Both the position numbers and the translations under genes were made by a program. A DNA stretch of 64,000 nucleotides from Macrostomum lignano (lineage: Eukaryota): assembly GCA_002269645.1 (NCBI GenBank), contig NIVC01002129.1, positions 1 to 64,000 on the forward strand, written 5' to 3'. This document shows, piece after piece, positions 10,951-22,900 of this stretch. Position 1 is the first letter of the stretch; each line of letters begins with the position of its first letter. The notes below the pieces were generated by a model. That model searched no databases and had not been told where the DNA came from. It worked only from the letters and a program-made list of their open reading frames with translations.

Positions 10951-12176
10951 CTAGGCCTATAATCTAATTTCAAATCTTGATCATCAATCTTGATCAAAAA
11001 TTTAAATGAATCTTTTTTATTTTTAATTGAAATTTTAATGATTGACCTTAGGCCTATCAGTTTTGTCCATGCTACAATATAAATATAACTAGGCCTAATA
11101 ATACTTGTGCTAATGTTATTAAATTTAAATATCTAATTCTAATAGATTAGCAAATTTATTTGAAAGCTATATTCAATTGGTTTTAAGTGTACTATTGACC
11201 TTAGAATATGCTTGGTATATAATATCTAGCATACTACAATGATAGTATAGTGCTACTATGCCATGGTGAATTTGTGCACTATTGTGTTGGTATATAGTGT
11301 AGGCCTAGCTTTGTTTTTTGCATCTTTAAAATTTCAATAATATTAGACTATTTGATTATTTAGTTAAGAAAAAAATTAGAACAAGTTTCCTTATAAATTA
11401 TTTTTAGGTCTATACCTTTTTAATTTTTCTTAACTTTTCAATTTAGACTAAGCCTAGCCCTAGAATTATCTGTCTATTAGCAAATAAATAGCTAGGCCTA
11501 TTAGACAAATAGTCCAATACCTATGTGAATTATGTTAAATTGCCAGATATAATTAAAAAAGAATACTATTTTTGCTTATTTTTGTCATTTTAAAAAATTG
11601 AATTCGTAACAAGAATGAATAGCTTAATATAATTATAAAGTTCTTTTATAATATTAAACTTTTTTGCATGATTTCAGTTCAAAATTGACAACTATATTAA
11701 CTTAATAATAGCTTTAAAAGAAAAAGATTTTAGCCTCTTAGATTCCTCTTTCAACAACTATTTTATTGTGATCTATTTATCAAGTTATTTATCAAGCTTA
11801 TAAATAATTATTTTTATATGAAAATAAAATTAGATTATGAAAGTAAACTAGGACTCCAAATATAGGCCTATAAACCAAATATAAACTTGATTCCATGTTC
11901 CAGACTACCAGACCATGTGTAACAGAACTGGCCAGGACTACCAAGTGAAGGGCTGACCAATAGGAGGCACAAAGGTTAGCATTATTGAACCATTGATCAT
12001 TGTCAAATAGTTCGCTTTTTCTAATCCCACTAATCTACTTTATGAGTGATAATTTTTCATGTATTACAATGTTGTTTTTGTAAAGCATACATTTTGACAC
12101 AAATTTAAAAATAAGAGATTTGTTAAGAAAAATGTCATCTACAAACAGTCCTTTTACATATCACCCTTCTTTTCAG

Positions 12177-12286
12177 ACGTGATACCAAGTACCCAAATGG
12201 CAGATGCAGCCATCGGGGCACGCATTGGTTGGTACCTGCGAGATGCGAATCAGCGACTGGGGAGGAGGAATGAAGTGCAACAGTGA
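12177..12286 (+). other. Orphan terminal-exon-like segment, possibly BEN/DUF4806-like transposon ORF end
   Basis: Good acceptor ccttcttttcag followed by VIPSTQMADAAIGARIGWYLRDANQRLGRRNEVQQ*. The family resemblance is from recall only. Confidence 0.25.
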
Positions 12287-12349
12287 CAAAAAACAACCTG
12301 CACACTGCTTATTTTCCCCTCATTGGAGGTGGTCCAAAATCCTTCATAG

Positions 12350-12640
12350 GCTCAGACCTACTTTACATGACAGCTGTCAGTGAACCTATCCAGCCTCTGT
12401 CCATTGCTTCTTAAAGCCGACATGCCCAGGTGCCACACTCCTCCAGGTCATCTTTGACCTTATCGTTCTCTTCGCACCCAGTACAGATGTTTGATCCTCT
12501 TCAACCGCGAATCCTCATGCTCCCTAAGTCCCAGCCATTGTAGTCGCCATGCCTTTTCAATGTGATCTTTCCCACTTTCAAGATCCACCTGTTACTCCTG
12601 TTCTCACTATTAAAATCCTGTCATCAACCGCAGCGTCCTT
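12350..12640 (-). mobile_element. Decayed non-LTR retrotransposon (RTE-like) ORF2 3' end
   Basis: The minus strand reads WRLQWLGLREHEDSRLKRIKHLYWVRRER*GQR*PGGVW, resembling the RLxWLGHxxR...DSRLPK..LY C-terminus of RTE-clade LINEs; it contains stops. Confidence 0.45.
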
Positions 12641-13484
12641 ACCTGTCACTCACTGCCGATTCTCCTAATCTGTCGTGACGTCACTGCACCACCTTGGTTA
12701 ATTACCAATTAGAAATATGGGCTAACCCTATTGTAAGATGTAACCATACAGAAGAACCCTACAGATTATAATACTAATTTAAGATTATTTAGATGCCAGC
12801 TCATTGAGCCATTTAATCAGTACTTCTTTTTCTCACATAGTTCTCGCTGTTTGCTGTTATCGAATTTGATTTTTCTTCTTTTTCGAAGAAGTTTTCCTCT
12901 TTATTTTGCAGTGCAATGTTTTCACAGTTCATCTATAATGCTCGCTATAGCTCATTGAGCCCTGTTATCTATGCTTCAATTTTTTTATGCAGTTAGTTGA
13001 CTGTTATCACTGTCACTGTTACCAAAAAGCTCGTAGTTTACAGAAAAATAATACAAATTATACTTTTTTGTAATTCATCTTCTGCTGTTACCTTGTGTGC
13101 CATTATATTAAAACACGATTATATCGTCCATATACTAAAAATGGTTTGTCTTACATACATCCCTTTACTCATTTCAATATTTGTAACTTGCACAATAATT
13201 GAATTTACCGGTTTTTCTACAACTAGCTATAGCGTACTGGCACAAAATGGTATGTCTGTATGATCTGTGTGATTCTGTGCGCTTGTCTATCATTTTATAC
13301 CGGAGCTCGAGTGAAGTTGAACCAATAGTACATTTACCATCTAGCAAAGAATCATTTTAAGCTATTCTACTTGTATATGATAGTTTTTTTATGGCTTAGA
13401 AATTTTTAGCAGGACATTATCGATCAGCAGCAGATAGATTAAATTGCATTTTACGACACGCGAGGGCCGCGAAAACTACATGAA

Positions 13485-13682
13485 ATTGAATACGACATCA
13501 ATACGACATTGCGACATACATACGATGTAAAAACGACGTACATACAATGTCAAAACGACATACATACGACGTCGAAACGATATAAACACGATGTCGAAAC
13601 GACGTAGTAGGGCGGGGAAAAACCACGACATCGAAACGACATCGCAAAACGACGTCGTTTCGACATCGTTTTTCCCAGTGGG
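13485..13682 (-). mobile_element. One terminus of a CACTA/EnSpm-like non-autonomous element with subterminal repeats
   Basis: The minus strand begins CCCACTGGGAAAAACGATGTCG and is followed by many acgacatcg/cgatgtcg repeats in both orientations; no partner end was found. Confidence 0.55.
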
Positions 13683-16651
13683 TAGTGGTCCTTGCCTCGA
13701 CTTCGTCCAGCACACAGGCGCACGACGGTCTTCTGCGCGTTGACCACCCAGGTCAACACTCCCCGCAACGCTAACCAGCTTATCCAGTTGTCGCTGGGCG
13801 ACAGCAGGGCGAAATGATCAGCGTATAGCCCAGCACGTCGTTGACCCACGCAGTAACCAAAATTAACCCACGAAGAACGCGATGCACCCTTGTTTTTCTG
13901 GATGTAGCGGTAGACCTTCCAAAGGTCTAAATATTCTGATTATTAACAGAACAAAGCGAGCAAATTGCACTGACAATTACGCTAATTGAGGGCATGTTTG
14001 CACAGCATCGCAATCTTTTCATCTCTTCATAATTGCAATTGGTGGAGACTTTGCCCTTTAAAGACTTACTGTGTGGAAATTGTGTCCGTTTCTACACTGG
14101 CAACGGCATTGTCGTTGCCAATGGAAACAAGAAGCAATTAATCATTCACTCTACTGCTGATCCTTTGTTTATTGTCAATATTAGGCGTGACCCGGCCTCT
14201 TGCTAAAATTGATGATGGAAAATGACTTCAATCCTGCAGCTGCTTCCAGTGTAAATTTGATTTGCCTACAAGTGCAAATTAGTTCCCTAAGAATCACTTT
14301 CCAAGTAACAAAAGCTGCATTGGGCTTACTGAGGTTAGTTGGCGACGTTGCTAAACATTTATTGCAGAATAATTAAATTTCTGTAGGTTTAGAGGTGCAT
14401 CTGGCACCTGTCGTGCGTCTCCCTCTAGAAACGAAACGTGATCGGCAAACAGGCTCAAATGAAATGATTGGCAACAAGTGATTCACTGTCCCACTAATCA
14501 AAAAGCGATCTGCATAATTATCATGAGACATGAGTGACGCCCAGATAGGAAAACCGGGACTCCACCTAAATAAAGAGGAGCGCCCATGCATCTAAGAGAC
14601 AGAGATACTGGGGCATCTACTGTGCTGTTGCTTCCTAGCATTTATTTTTAGTAAAGCGGTTGCTTGTTTCTTATGGCCTAAGAGAATTTAGTTGCTCGTA
14701 CAGTCAGCCACAGCCTAAAGAAGCGAGAGACAAGCGCGGCGGCTTCGCTCAAACTTCTTACCGCCTTCCACTGCATGCGCATTATTGCAGTAAACTAGGA
14801 CTAGAGTCACTTTTGTTGATTTTGTCGTACAATATACCATGTGGACCTTTGAATCTTCTACAAAAGGTGGCTCACTGCAGTGTCACTGTTTAAGAACGCA
14901 AAGTTATACATGTACTGATGTACATGTATAAAACACCATATTTGTCGAACTAAAAAAATATAGCTAGCTGTACATGTACATACTCACTATACATTTAAAT
15001 TTACATTTTAATGATGGAAACCACAAAGCGAAGCCAAAGATATATTACTTAACGAGTGAATATATAACGATGGAAAAAAAGTTTCTCAAAGATTCAAGTG
15101 AACGAGTATCTCAAGCAGAAAAAGAGAACTCCGGTAGTAATAAAAGTTTGTAGTTTAAAACAAATTTACTAATTAGCTAAGTTTCTTACTTGTATATTTT
15201 CAAAATTCAAGATAAATAAAGAAAAAAACTAGTTAGTTAACAAAAAACTGAAATACTGATTAGATTAATATCTTGTATTGTCGTTTATCGTGTTAATTTT
15301 TGACATTAGGAGCTAATAAACATTTCCTAGACACATCATCCTAATGTTCTATCCAAATCATAATTCTTATCCTGAAACTAAAATTGCATGTCGATAGGCG
15401 CCTTCTTATAATAATAACATAGACTATAGTTTAAAATCTAAAGTGCTATTGTGAAAGTGAAAGCAAAGTATATTCCACGTTTAATGCTTTTAAATATATA
15501 TGAAATTGAAAGTAGAAGCCAAACATATTTTTAGCCACAGTATGATTGTGAGTATCAATGTTAAAAAATATAATACTTAATTTTTTGACATTATGATAAT
15601 GGCATAAAAAGAATTTGTGAAAATATAGCTTATTTAAACGTCTTTTAAAATAATACTTGGTCCTTAAAAGTAAAATTAAGCATATATTTCTTTATGCAAA
15701 ATATATAAATTTAATCTCTTTATTCTATAAAGACATACAATACAAACAATACTATCAAACCAAACTGGCAAGTTGGTAAAATAAGCCTAAGGCAATAAGA
15801 AGCTAAATTTATGTGTACAAAGTTGTATTTATAATAATAAAATTGTAGAATGTAGTCATTACTTAGTATAATTATAATTACTATGATAAAATTATTAAAA
15901 TAGTTAGTATTTAGCTTTAAAACATGGTATAAAATTTTGTATAAAAGAGGGTCAAAGTTCAAGTTGTCACAATGAAAATGAATTTTTTTATATAGCTTAT
16001 AAAGTTATAACTTATGAAACCTAGTCTATATGTATTTATATAGGTTTTGTATTATTATAGATTGTATAGCAATGTCAAAATGCCCTCATTATATAAAAAC
16101 TATTTTTTGCTGTTACACTGATATTTCATATTTTATAAAGCAAAGCTATACAACACTACAAGCCTATCAAATAAGTTTTAGCCAAAATATAGACCAATCA
16201 CTAATAATGTAAGCATTTAACCTAAGAGTTGACAGGTCTTTTAAAACTTTAAAAAGCAATATAGCCCAATTAATGTGTATATCTCTTTTTAGTGCTTCTC
16301 TCTCTCATCTCTAATTTACTTTCTCCTCTCTCCTCTTTTCTTCTTTATTCCCTCACCCCATTTCTCCAACCTGTAGTCATACTTTGGGTTCTCTATCCAG
16401 CGCTTATGGCAAAAAAGTTATCCTATCCTTGAATTAACATATTCATACAACTTTTGTAGCAGAATTTGTTCATATTATATAACCAAATTAAAAATTTTAT
16501 GCTAAGAACCCGTCATGATATCATCGAGTTGTTCAGAAACACTTTCAAACAATTTCTAATCATATGATATCTCCAGAGCCAAACAACAATCATTGTAACA
16601 AACAAAAAGTGCGCCAATTTGAATAAAGCTCAAACATTTGTGAAATAGAAG

Positions 16652-17205
16652 ATGTCGGCGGAGAAGCCTCTCTGCCCGCGCCTGCTCGACTACGTGGTTT
16701 TGATCGGCGCGCGTCTTCCGCCGGCGAGGCAGACCTCGGTCAGCCAGACTCCCGATATTTTGCGCCGATATCCCCCCACAGATCACCGCGACTTCAGCCT
16801 GCCACCCGACGTGGCCTTCTTCTGCCAGCCGGAGGGCTGTCTGGCCCTCGGCCGTCGCCGACGCACAGGAGTTCGCGACAGCAGCACCTTTGTCTTCACC
16901 CTTACTGAGAAAGATTCTGGCTTGGTTCGCTACGGCATCTGCTTGAACTTTTATCGGACAATTGACAAGCGATGGGTGGCCGCGGAGTCAGCTGGGGGGA
17001 CGGGCAGTCTGTCCTCTGACCAGCATCAGTCACAGCAGCCAAGGCGCAGGCCTCAACGATTGCGCAACCACTTGCTAACCAGCCTGTGCATTGTTAGTCA
17101 TCATCCATTCTTTTCCAAATTTCGCGAATGTCTTCAAGTGCTTCGAAAGATTATTGACTGCTGCAATGACAGGTGCGCCTCTTCATCAGCAAGATCGGCT
17201 AATAG
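16652..17205 (+). CDS. MADD: MADD exon 1 (uDENN)
   Basis: [21 protein letters not shown]...FFCQPEGCL...[10 protein letters not shown]; donor AG|gtgag. Confidence 0.95.
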
Positions 17206-17748
17206 GTGAGCTGTTAATGATGGTGGCCTCCAATGTATCCGCTAATCCCTAATCCCAAATCTTTAAACCTCTAGTATGTCCGCTAATCCCTAATCCTCAT
17301 GTGTCCCCGCTAATCCCTAATCCCAAATCTTTAATCCTCCAGTGTATCCGCTAATCTCTAATCCCAAATCTATAATCCTCCAGTGTATCCGCTAATCCCT
17401 AATCCCAAATCTATAATCCTCCAGTGTATCCGCTAATCCCTAATCCCAAATCTATAATCCTCCAGTGTATCCGCTAATCCCTAATCCCTATTCCAATCTC
17501 TAATCTGCTATCCAATTCCGAACTTTTTGGTTTCATCCACAAAATTCAATTTTTTTATTCTGAGTCCACTAATGCCTAATCGCTAATCCCCTTTGACAAT
17601 CCGCAGGGAGACTGTCTGGTCGGTGCTGACCGGGCTGCATCCCGACTGTTCGAGCGCGATGATTCTTCGAGACGTTCGCGAGATTGAAACCTGGATACTC
17701 AGACTGCTCAGCGCTCCCGTGCCCGTGCCTGGCCGCACCAAACTGCAG

Positions 17749-17796
<48 letters not shown>

Positions 17797-17799
17797 TAG

Positions 17800-17848
<49 letters not shown>

Positions 17849-17851
17849 GCC

Positions 17852-17884
<33 letters not shown>

Positions 17885-19701
17885 CACGGACTCCGTCCCC
17901 ATTCCAGCTCACGGTGCTGCCAGAGTCAGACTACCCGCCTCTCCTGTTCGCCCTGCCCGACCGCAGCCGCCTGTCCCTGGCAGATTTCCCCCTGCACCTG
18001 CCTCTGGAGCTGCTGGGCGTGGACACCTGCCTGCAGGTGAGCCTGGCACAGCTGCAATAATTTTTAATCCATTTTTCGCAGCTTCCCTAATGAAGTATCA
18101 ATTTTCATTTGCACATTACAGGTTCTCACCTGCATTCTGTTGGAGAACAAAGTACTCATACAATCGAGGGACGAGAACGCCCTGACAATGAGCGTATTGG
18201 CCTTTGTAGCTATGCTGTACCCTATGCAGTACATGTTTCCCGTGATCCCCCTGCTGCCCACCTGCATGGCCTCCGCTGAGCAGCTGCTGCTGGCGCCAAC
18301 TCCCTACATCATCGGCGTGCCCGCGAGCTTCCTGCTGTACAAGAAGAACTTCTGCCTGCCGTCTGATGTCTGGCTGGTGGACTTGGATGCTAATAAGGTT
18401 GGTGTGCGTTGAGGCCAGCCTCCCAGATCCTCAGTTGCTGGGCCAACAGCCCCCCAGATCCTCAGTTGCTGGGCCAGCCTCCCAGGTCCTCAGTTGCTGG
18501 GCCAGCCTCCCAGATCCTCAGTTGCTGGGCCAGCCTCCCAGATCCTCAGTTGCTGGGCCAGCCTCCCAGAGTGTCAGTTGCTGGGACACCTGTAGCCTTC
18601 CAGATATCCAGGCTGTGAATCGGTTTGACCACTAAATCACTGCAGCATTAGTCTCACATCTGTACAGACATACATGCGCAATAGTCGGCCGATCTGGCCG
18701 ACCGATTTGGCAGCCAATCAAGAAGTCGTAAAAATGCCCACCCGAAAAAATACCAAAGTAGTATTGCTAAGTAGCTAACGAGGCATTTTGACCTATTAAG
18801 ACAGTCATATTTACTCTTGCCGTTTACCCAAATTTGCGTTAATTTAGCTTTAGGGTTTTTATTACATGTAAGTCGCATTTTTGTTAAAACTAAATCGCAT
18901 GGTCGACCGAATTTCGGAGGTTGCGCATGTATGTGTACACAGCTGTCTTGCGCCTTTTACCAGCTGTGTGTTATTTAAATGGAAATTGCTCAGTCAGCCG
19001 TGCTCAATGTTAGCGAAAATCGGTCACGAAGAGGATTAGCGTGGGTGTTAGTCCTGTGCGCCTGAAGTTTCCCTTTTCAGTCTCGAACAGTTCCACAGAT
19101 GGGACTCAGCCCCAACCCCCTCCCCGCGGGATCTCGAGTCGAGTAGCGCCTGTCAAGAGCATATAAAATATATTTCACTTTTCAGCAGACTGGTTCGTTT
19201 GTGTAAATTTGATACACATTGAGCTGTTCTGTGTAGCCAGTCTGTCATAAGAGTGCACTCTAGGCCTAAAAACTTGCTGGCTTTTATTGATGCTAATCTA
19301 CAGTATATGTAGCTACGAGGATATGGTTATATTTATTATAAATATATATTATATGGTGTCGTCTTTCTGCTCCTTTTCTCTTCTTCTCTCCCTCTCGTCT
19401 TTTCTCTCCCCTTTTCCGATCTCTGTATTTCTATATCCATATTTTCATGTTACAAATATATCCCTCGTCTTATCTTATCTCCTTGTTCTCATCTATCTAC
19501 CTTTTCTTATCTCATATCATCTTATTTCATTCTCTTCTCATCTCCCTTTTTCTATCTCATCTCCCTGTTCTCATCTCATCTCCCTTCTCTCATCTCATCT
19601 CCCTTCTCTCATCTCATTTCGTCTTCCTGTTCTCATCTCATCTCAATTTTCTCATTTCATCTCAATTTTCCCACCCCATCTGCCTCCTCTCATCTTTCTC
19701 C

Positions 19702-19771
<70 letters not shown>

Positions 19772-19827
19772 TCTCTCTCTCACTCACTCTCTCTCTCTCT
19801 CTCACTCTCTCTCACTCTCTCTCTCAC

Positions 19828-19875
<48 letters not shown>

Positions 19876-19890
19876 TTTCTCTCTCTCACA

Positions 19891-19944
<54 letters not shown>

Positions 19945-22900
19945 TCTGCAATGTGAAAGTTAGTCTCTTCTTTCGTATGCATCTCCCTTCTATCTTTCTG
20001 AATATTTATTCATGCTTCTCTCTCTCTTTTCCCAATCTTTCATTGTTAGCAAACTCGAAAGTACAGATTCTGTATGAGTCTCTTTATTACTATAAAAGGA
20101 GCAGCAATAATTTAGGATCGTCCAAAAACAGAATTTCTTTATCTAGCTAAAAAAATCGACTAAAAAACTGGCTTGAAGAGAAGCGAATTGTGGCAGCTGA
20201 CTTCCTGGGTCTGCAGTAATAAATATTAATTTACGAGGAGCTTGGACTGCGGCTGTGTTGGTATAGGGAGTGATTATTCAAATGGGTAGAGCGACATTGC
20301 GGAGAATTTAGTGCACTTTTGGAATCGGGAAAAATAATCTAAATTGGGTGAGAATAGAGTGAAATTTAGAGTAAAAACACTGAGAAAATAGTGAGATCTG
20401 TGTGAGAATGGAATAAAATACGTGTGGGAATGGTATGTGAAAATGGAGTGACATTTTGAAGTGAAAATCGAGTGACATTTTTGAGTGAAAATCGAGTGAC
20501 ATTGCGGAGTGAAAATCGAGTGACATTGCGGAGTGAAAATCGAGTGAGATTGCAGAGTGAACATCGAGTGACATTTTGAAGTGAAAATCGAGAGACATTG
20601 CGGAGTGAAAATCGAGTGACATTGCGGAGTGAAAATCGAGTGAGATTGCAGAGTGAACATCGAGTGACATTTTGAAGTGAAAATCGAGTGACATTGCGAA
20701 GTGAAAATCGAGTGACATTATAGAGTGAAAATCGAGTGACATTTTATAGTGAAAATCAATTGAGATTGCAGAGTGAACATCGAGTGACATTTTAGAGTGA
20801 AAATCGAGTGAGATTTCGGAGGGAAAATCGAATGACATTATAGAGTGAAAATCGAGTGACATTTTAGAGTGAAAATCGAGTGAGATTTCGGAGGGAAAAT
20901 CGAGTGACATTATAGAGTGAAAATCGAGTGACATTTTATAGTGAAAATCAATTGAGATTGCAGAGTGAACATCGAGTGACATTTTAGAGTGAAAATCGAG
21001 TGACATTTTAGAGTGAAAATCGAGTGAGATTGCAGAGTGAAAATCGAGTGACATTTTAGAGTGAAAATCGAGTGACATTTTATAGTGTAAATCGATTGAG
21101 ATTGCAGAGTAAACATCGAGTGACATTTTAGAGTGAAAATCGAGTGACATTTTATAGTGTAAATCGATTGAGATTGCAGAGTAAACATCGAGTGACATTT
21201 TAGAGTGAAAATCGAGTGACATTTTAGAGTGAAAATCGAGTGAGATTTCGGAGTGAAAATCGAGTGAGATTGCGGAGTGAACATAGAGTGAGATTTCGGA
21301 GGGAAAATCGAGTGAGATTTCAGAGGGAAAATCGAGTGAGATTTCGGAGGGAAAATCGAGTGAGATTTCGGAGGGAAAATCGAGTGAGATTTTGGAGTGA
21401 AAATCGAGTGAGATTTCGGAGGGAAAATCGAGTGAGATTGCAGAGTGAACATAGAATGGGATTTCGGGGTGAAAATCGAGTGACATTGCAGAGTGACAAT
21501 CGAGTGAGATTCCGGAGTGAAAATCGAGTGAGGTTGCGGAGTGAAAATTCATTTAGAGTCGTTGATTTCCCGGCTCCCATTTGAATAGAATTTCGATTTC
21601 AGCAGAATGTTCAGTTCTCTCAACAAAATTTGGAGAAATCTGTCAAGCCATGGAATCCCCCCCTTTGGGATTTGATGTCTGCCTGCCTCCTGTCAATGTT
21701 TGCGCAGAATTTGCAAGTGGATGGAAATTCGCTTTTCGAGTCCCATCGACCCCCGAGAATTGGAGCAAAAAAAGCTCGGAGAAATTCGAGTTTTTATTTA
21801 AGCTCTCAAATTTTTAAGTCGAGTGTTGGTTCCAAATGCACTTTTGTGCTCGGTGAATAACTTCACTCGATCTCCGCTCGATGGTAAGAGCTTCAGGTCA
21901 TGACTAACTGATCCGTCACTTGCAGATCGTGTGCGCCCAGGATATGACCACGCTGCCTTCGTTGCCCGAACCGGAAGGAACTCATCTGAGGAGCCACCTG
22001 CAGCAGGTGAGCGGCTTTAGCCATACAGCATCTCTATGCGATGTCGTCTGTTGTGCTTGTAGTTGGCACTGTGGCCTTGTCTGTGCGGAACTGATAGACC
22101 TGTGTAGCTTAATGCAACACTGCTTCATCTCTCTCCCGTGTCACAGATCTTCCGCCTCTGGCCCTTCCCTTCTCTGCCACCTTATAATCCTACCTTCTCC
22201 TGTTACTCACCCTCTGCCTCTGCTCACACTCTATCACCGTCTGCCTCTGCTCACACTCTATCACCCTCTGCCTCTGCTCACACTCTATCACCCTCTGCCT
22301 CTCCTCACACTATATCACCCTCTGCCTCTCCTCACACTCTATCACCCCTCTGCCTCTGCTCACACTCTATCACCCTCTGCCTCTGCTCACACTCTATCAC
22401 CCTCTGCCTCTGCTCACACTCTATCACCCTCTGCCTCTCCTCACACTCTATCACCCTCTGCCTCTCCTTACACTCTATCACCCTCTGCCTCTCCTCACAC
22501 TCTATCACCCTCTGCCTCTCCTCACACTCCATCACCCTCTGCCTCTCCTCACACTCTATCACCCTCTGCCTCTGCTCACACTCTATCACCCTCTGCCTCT
22601 GCTCACACTCTATCACCCTCTGCCTCTGCTCACACTCTATCACCCTCTGCCTCTGCTCACACTCTATCACCCTCTGCCTCTCCTCACACTCTATCACCCT
22701 CTGCCTCTCCTCACACTCTATCACCCTCTGCCTCTCCTCACACTCTATCACCCTCTGCCTCTCCTCACACTCTATCACCCTCTGCCTCTCATCCTCCATC
22801 ACTCTCTCCCTCACCCTCTCCATCACCCTTTCCCTCATCCTCACCCTCACCCTCTTTGACACCTCCCTAACCCTATTTCTCACTCTCTCTATCACCCGCT

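Noticed and set aside
13690-13910. GC-rich island that may encode a frameshifted membrane-protein fragment (minus strand)
   Set aside because: It needs several frame changes and has no recognisable motif, so no family could be assigned.
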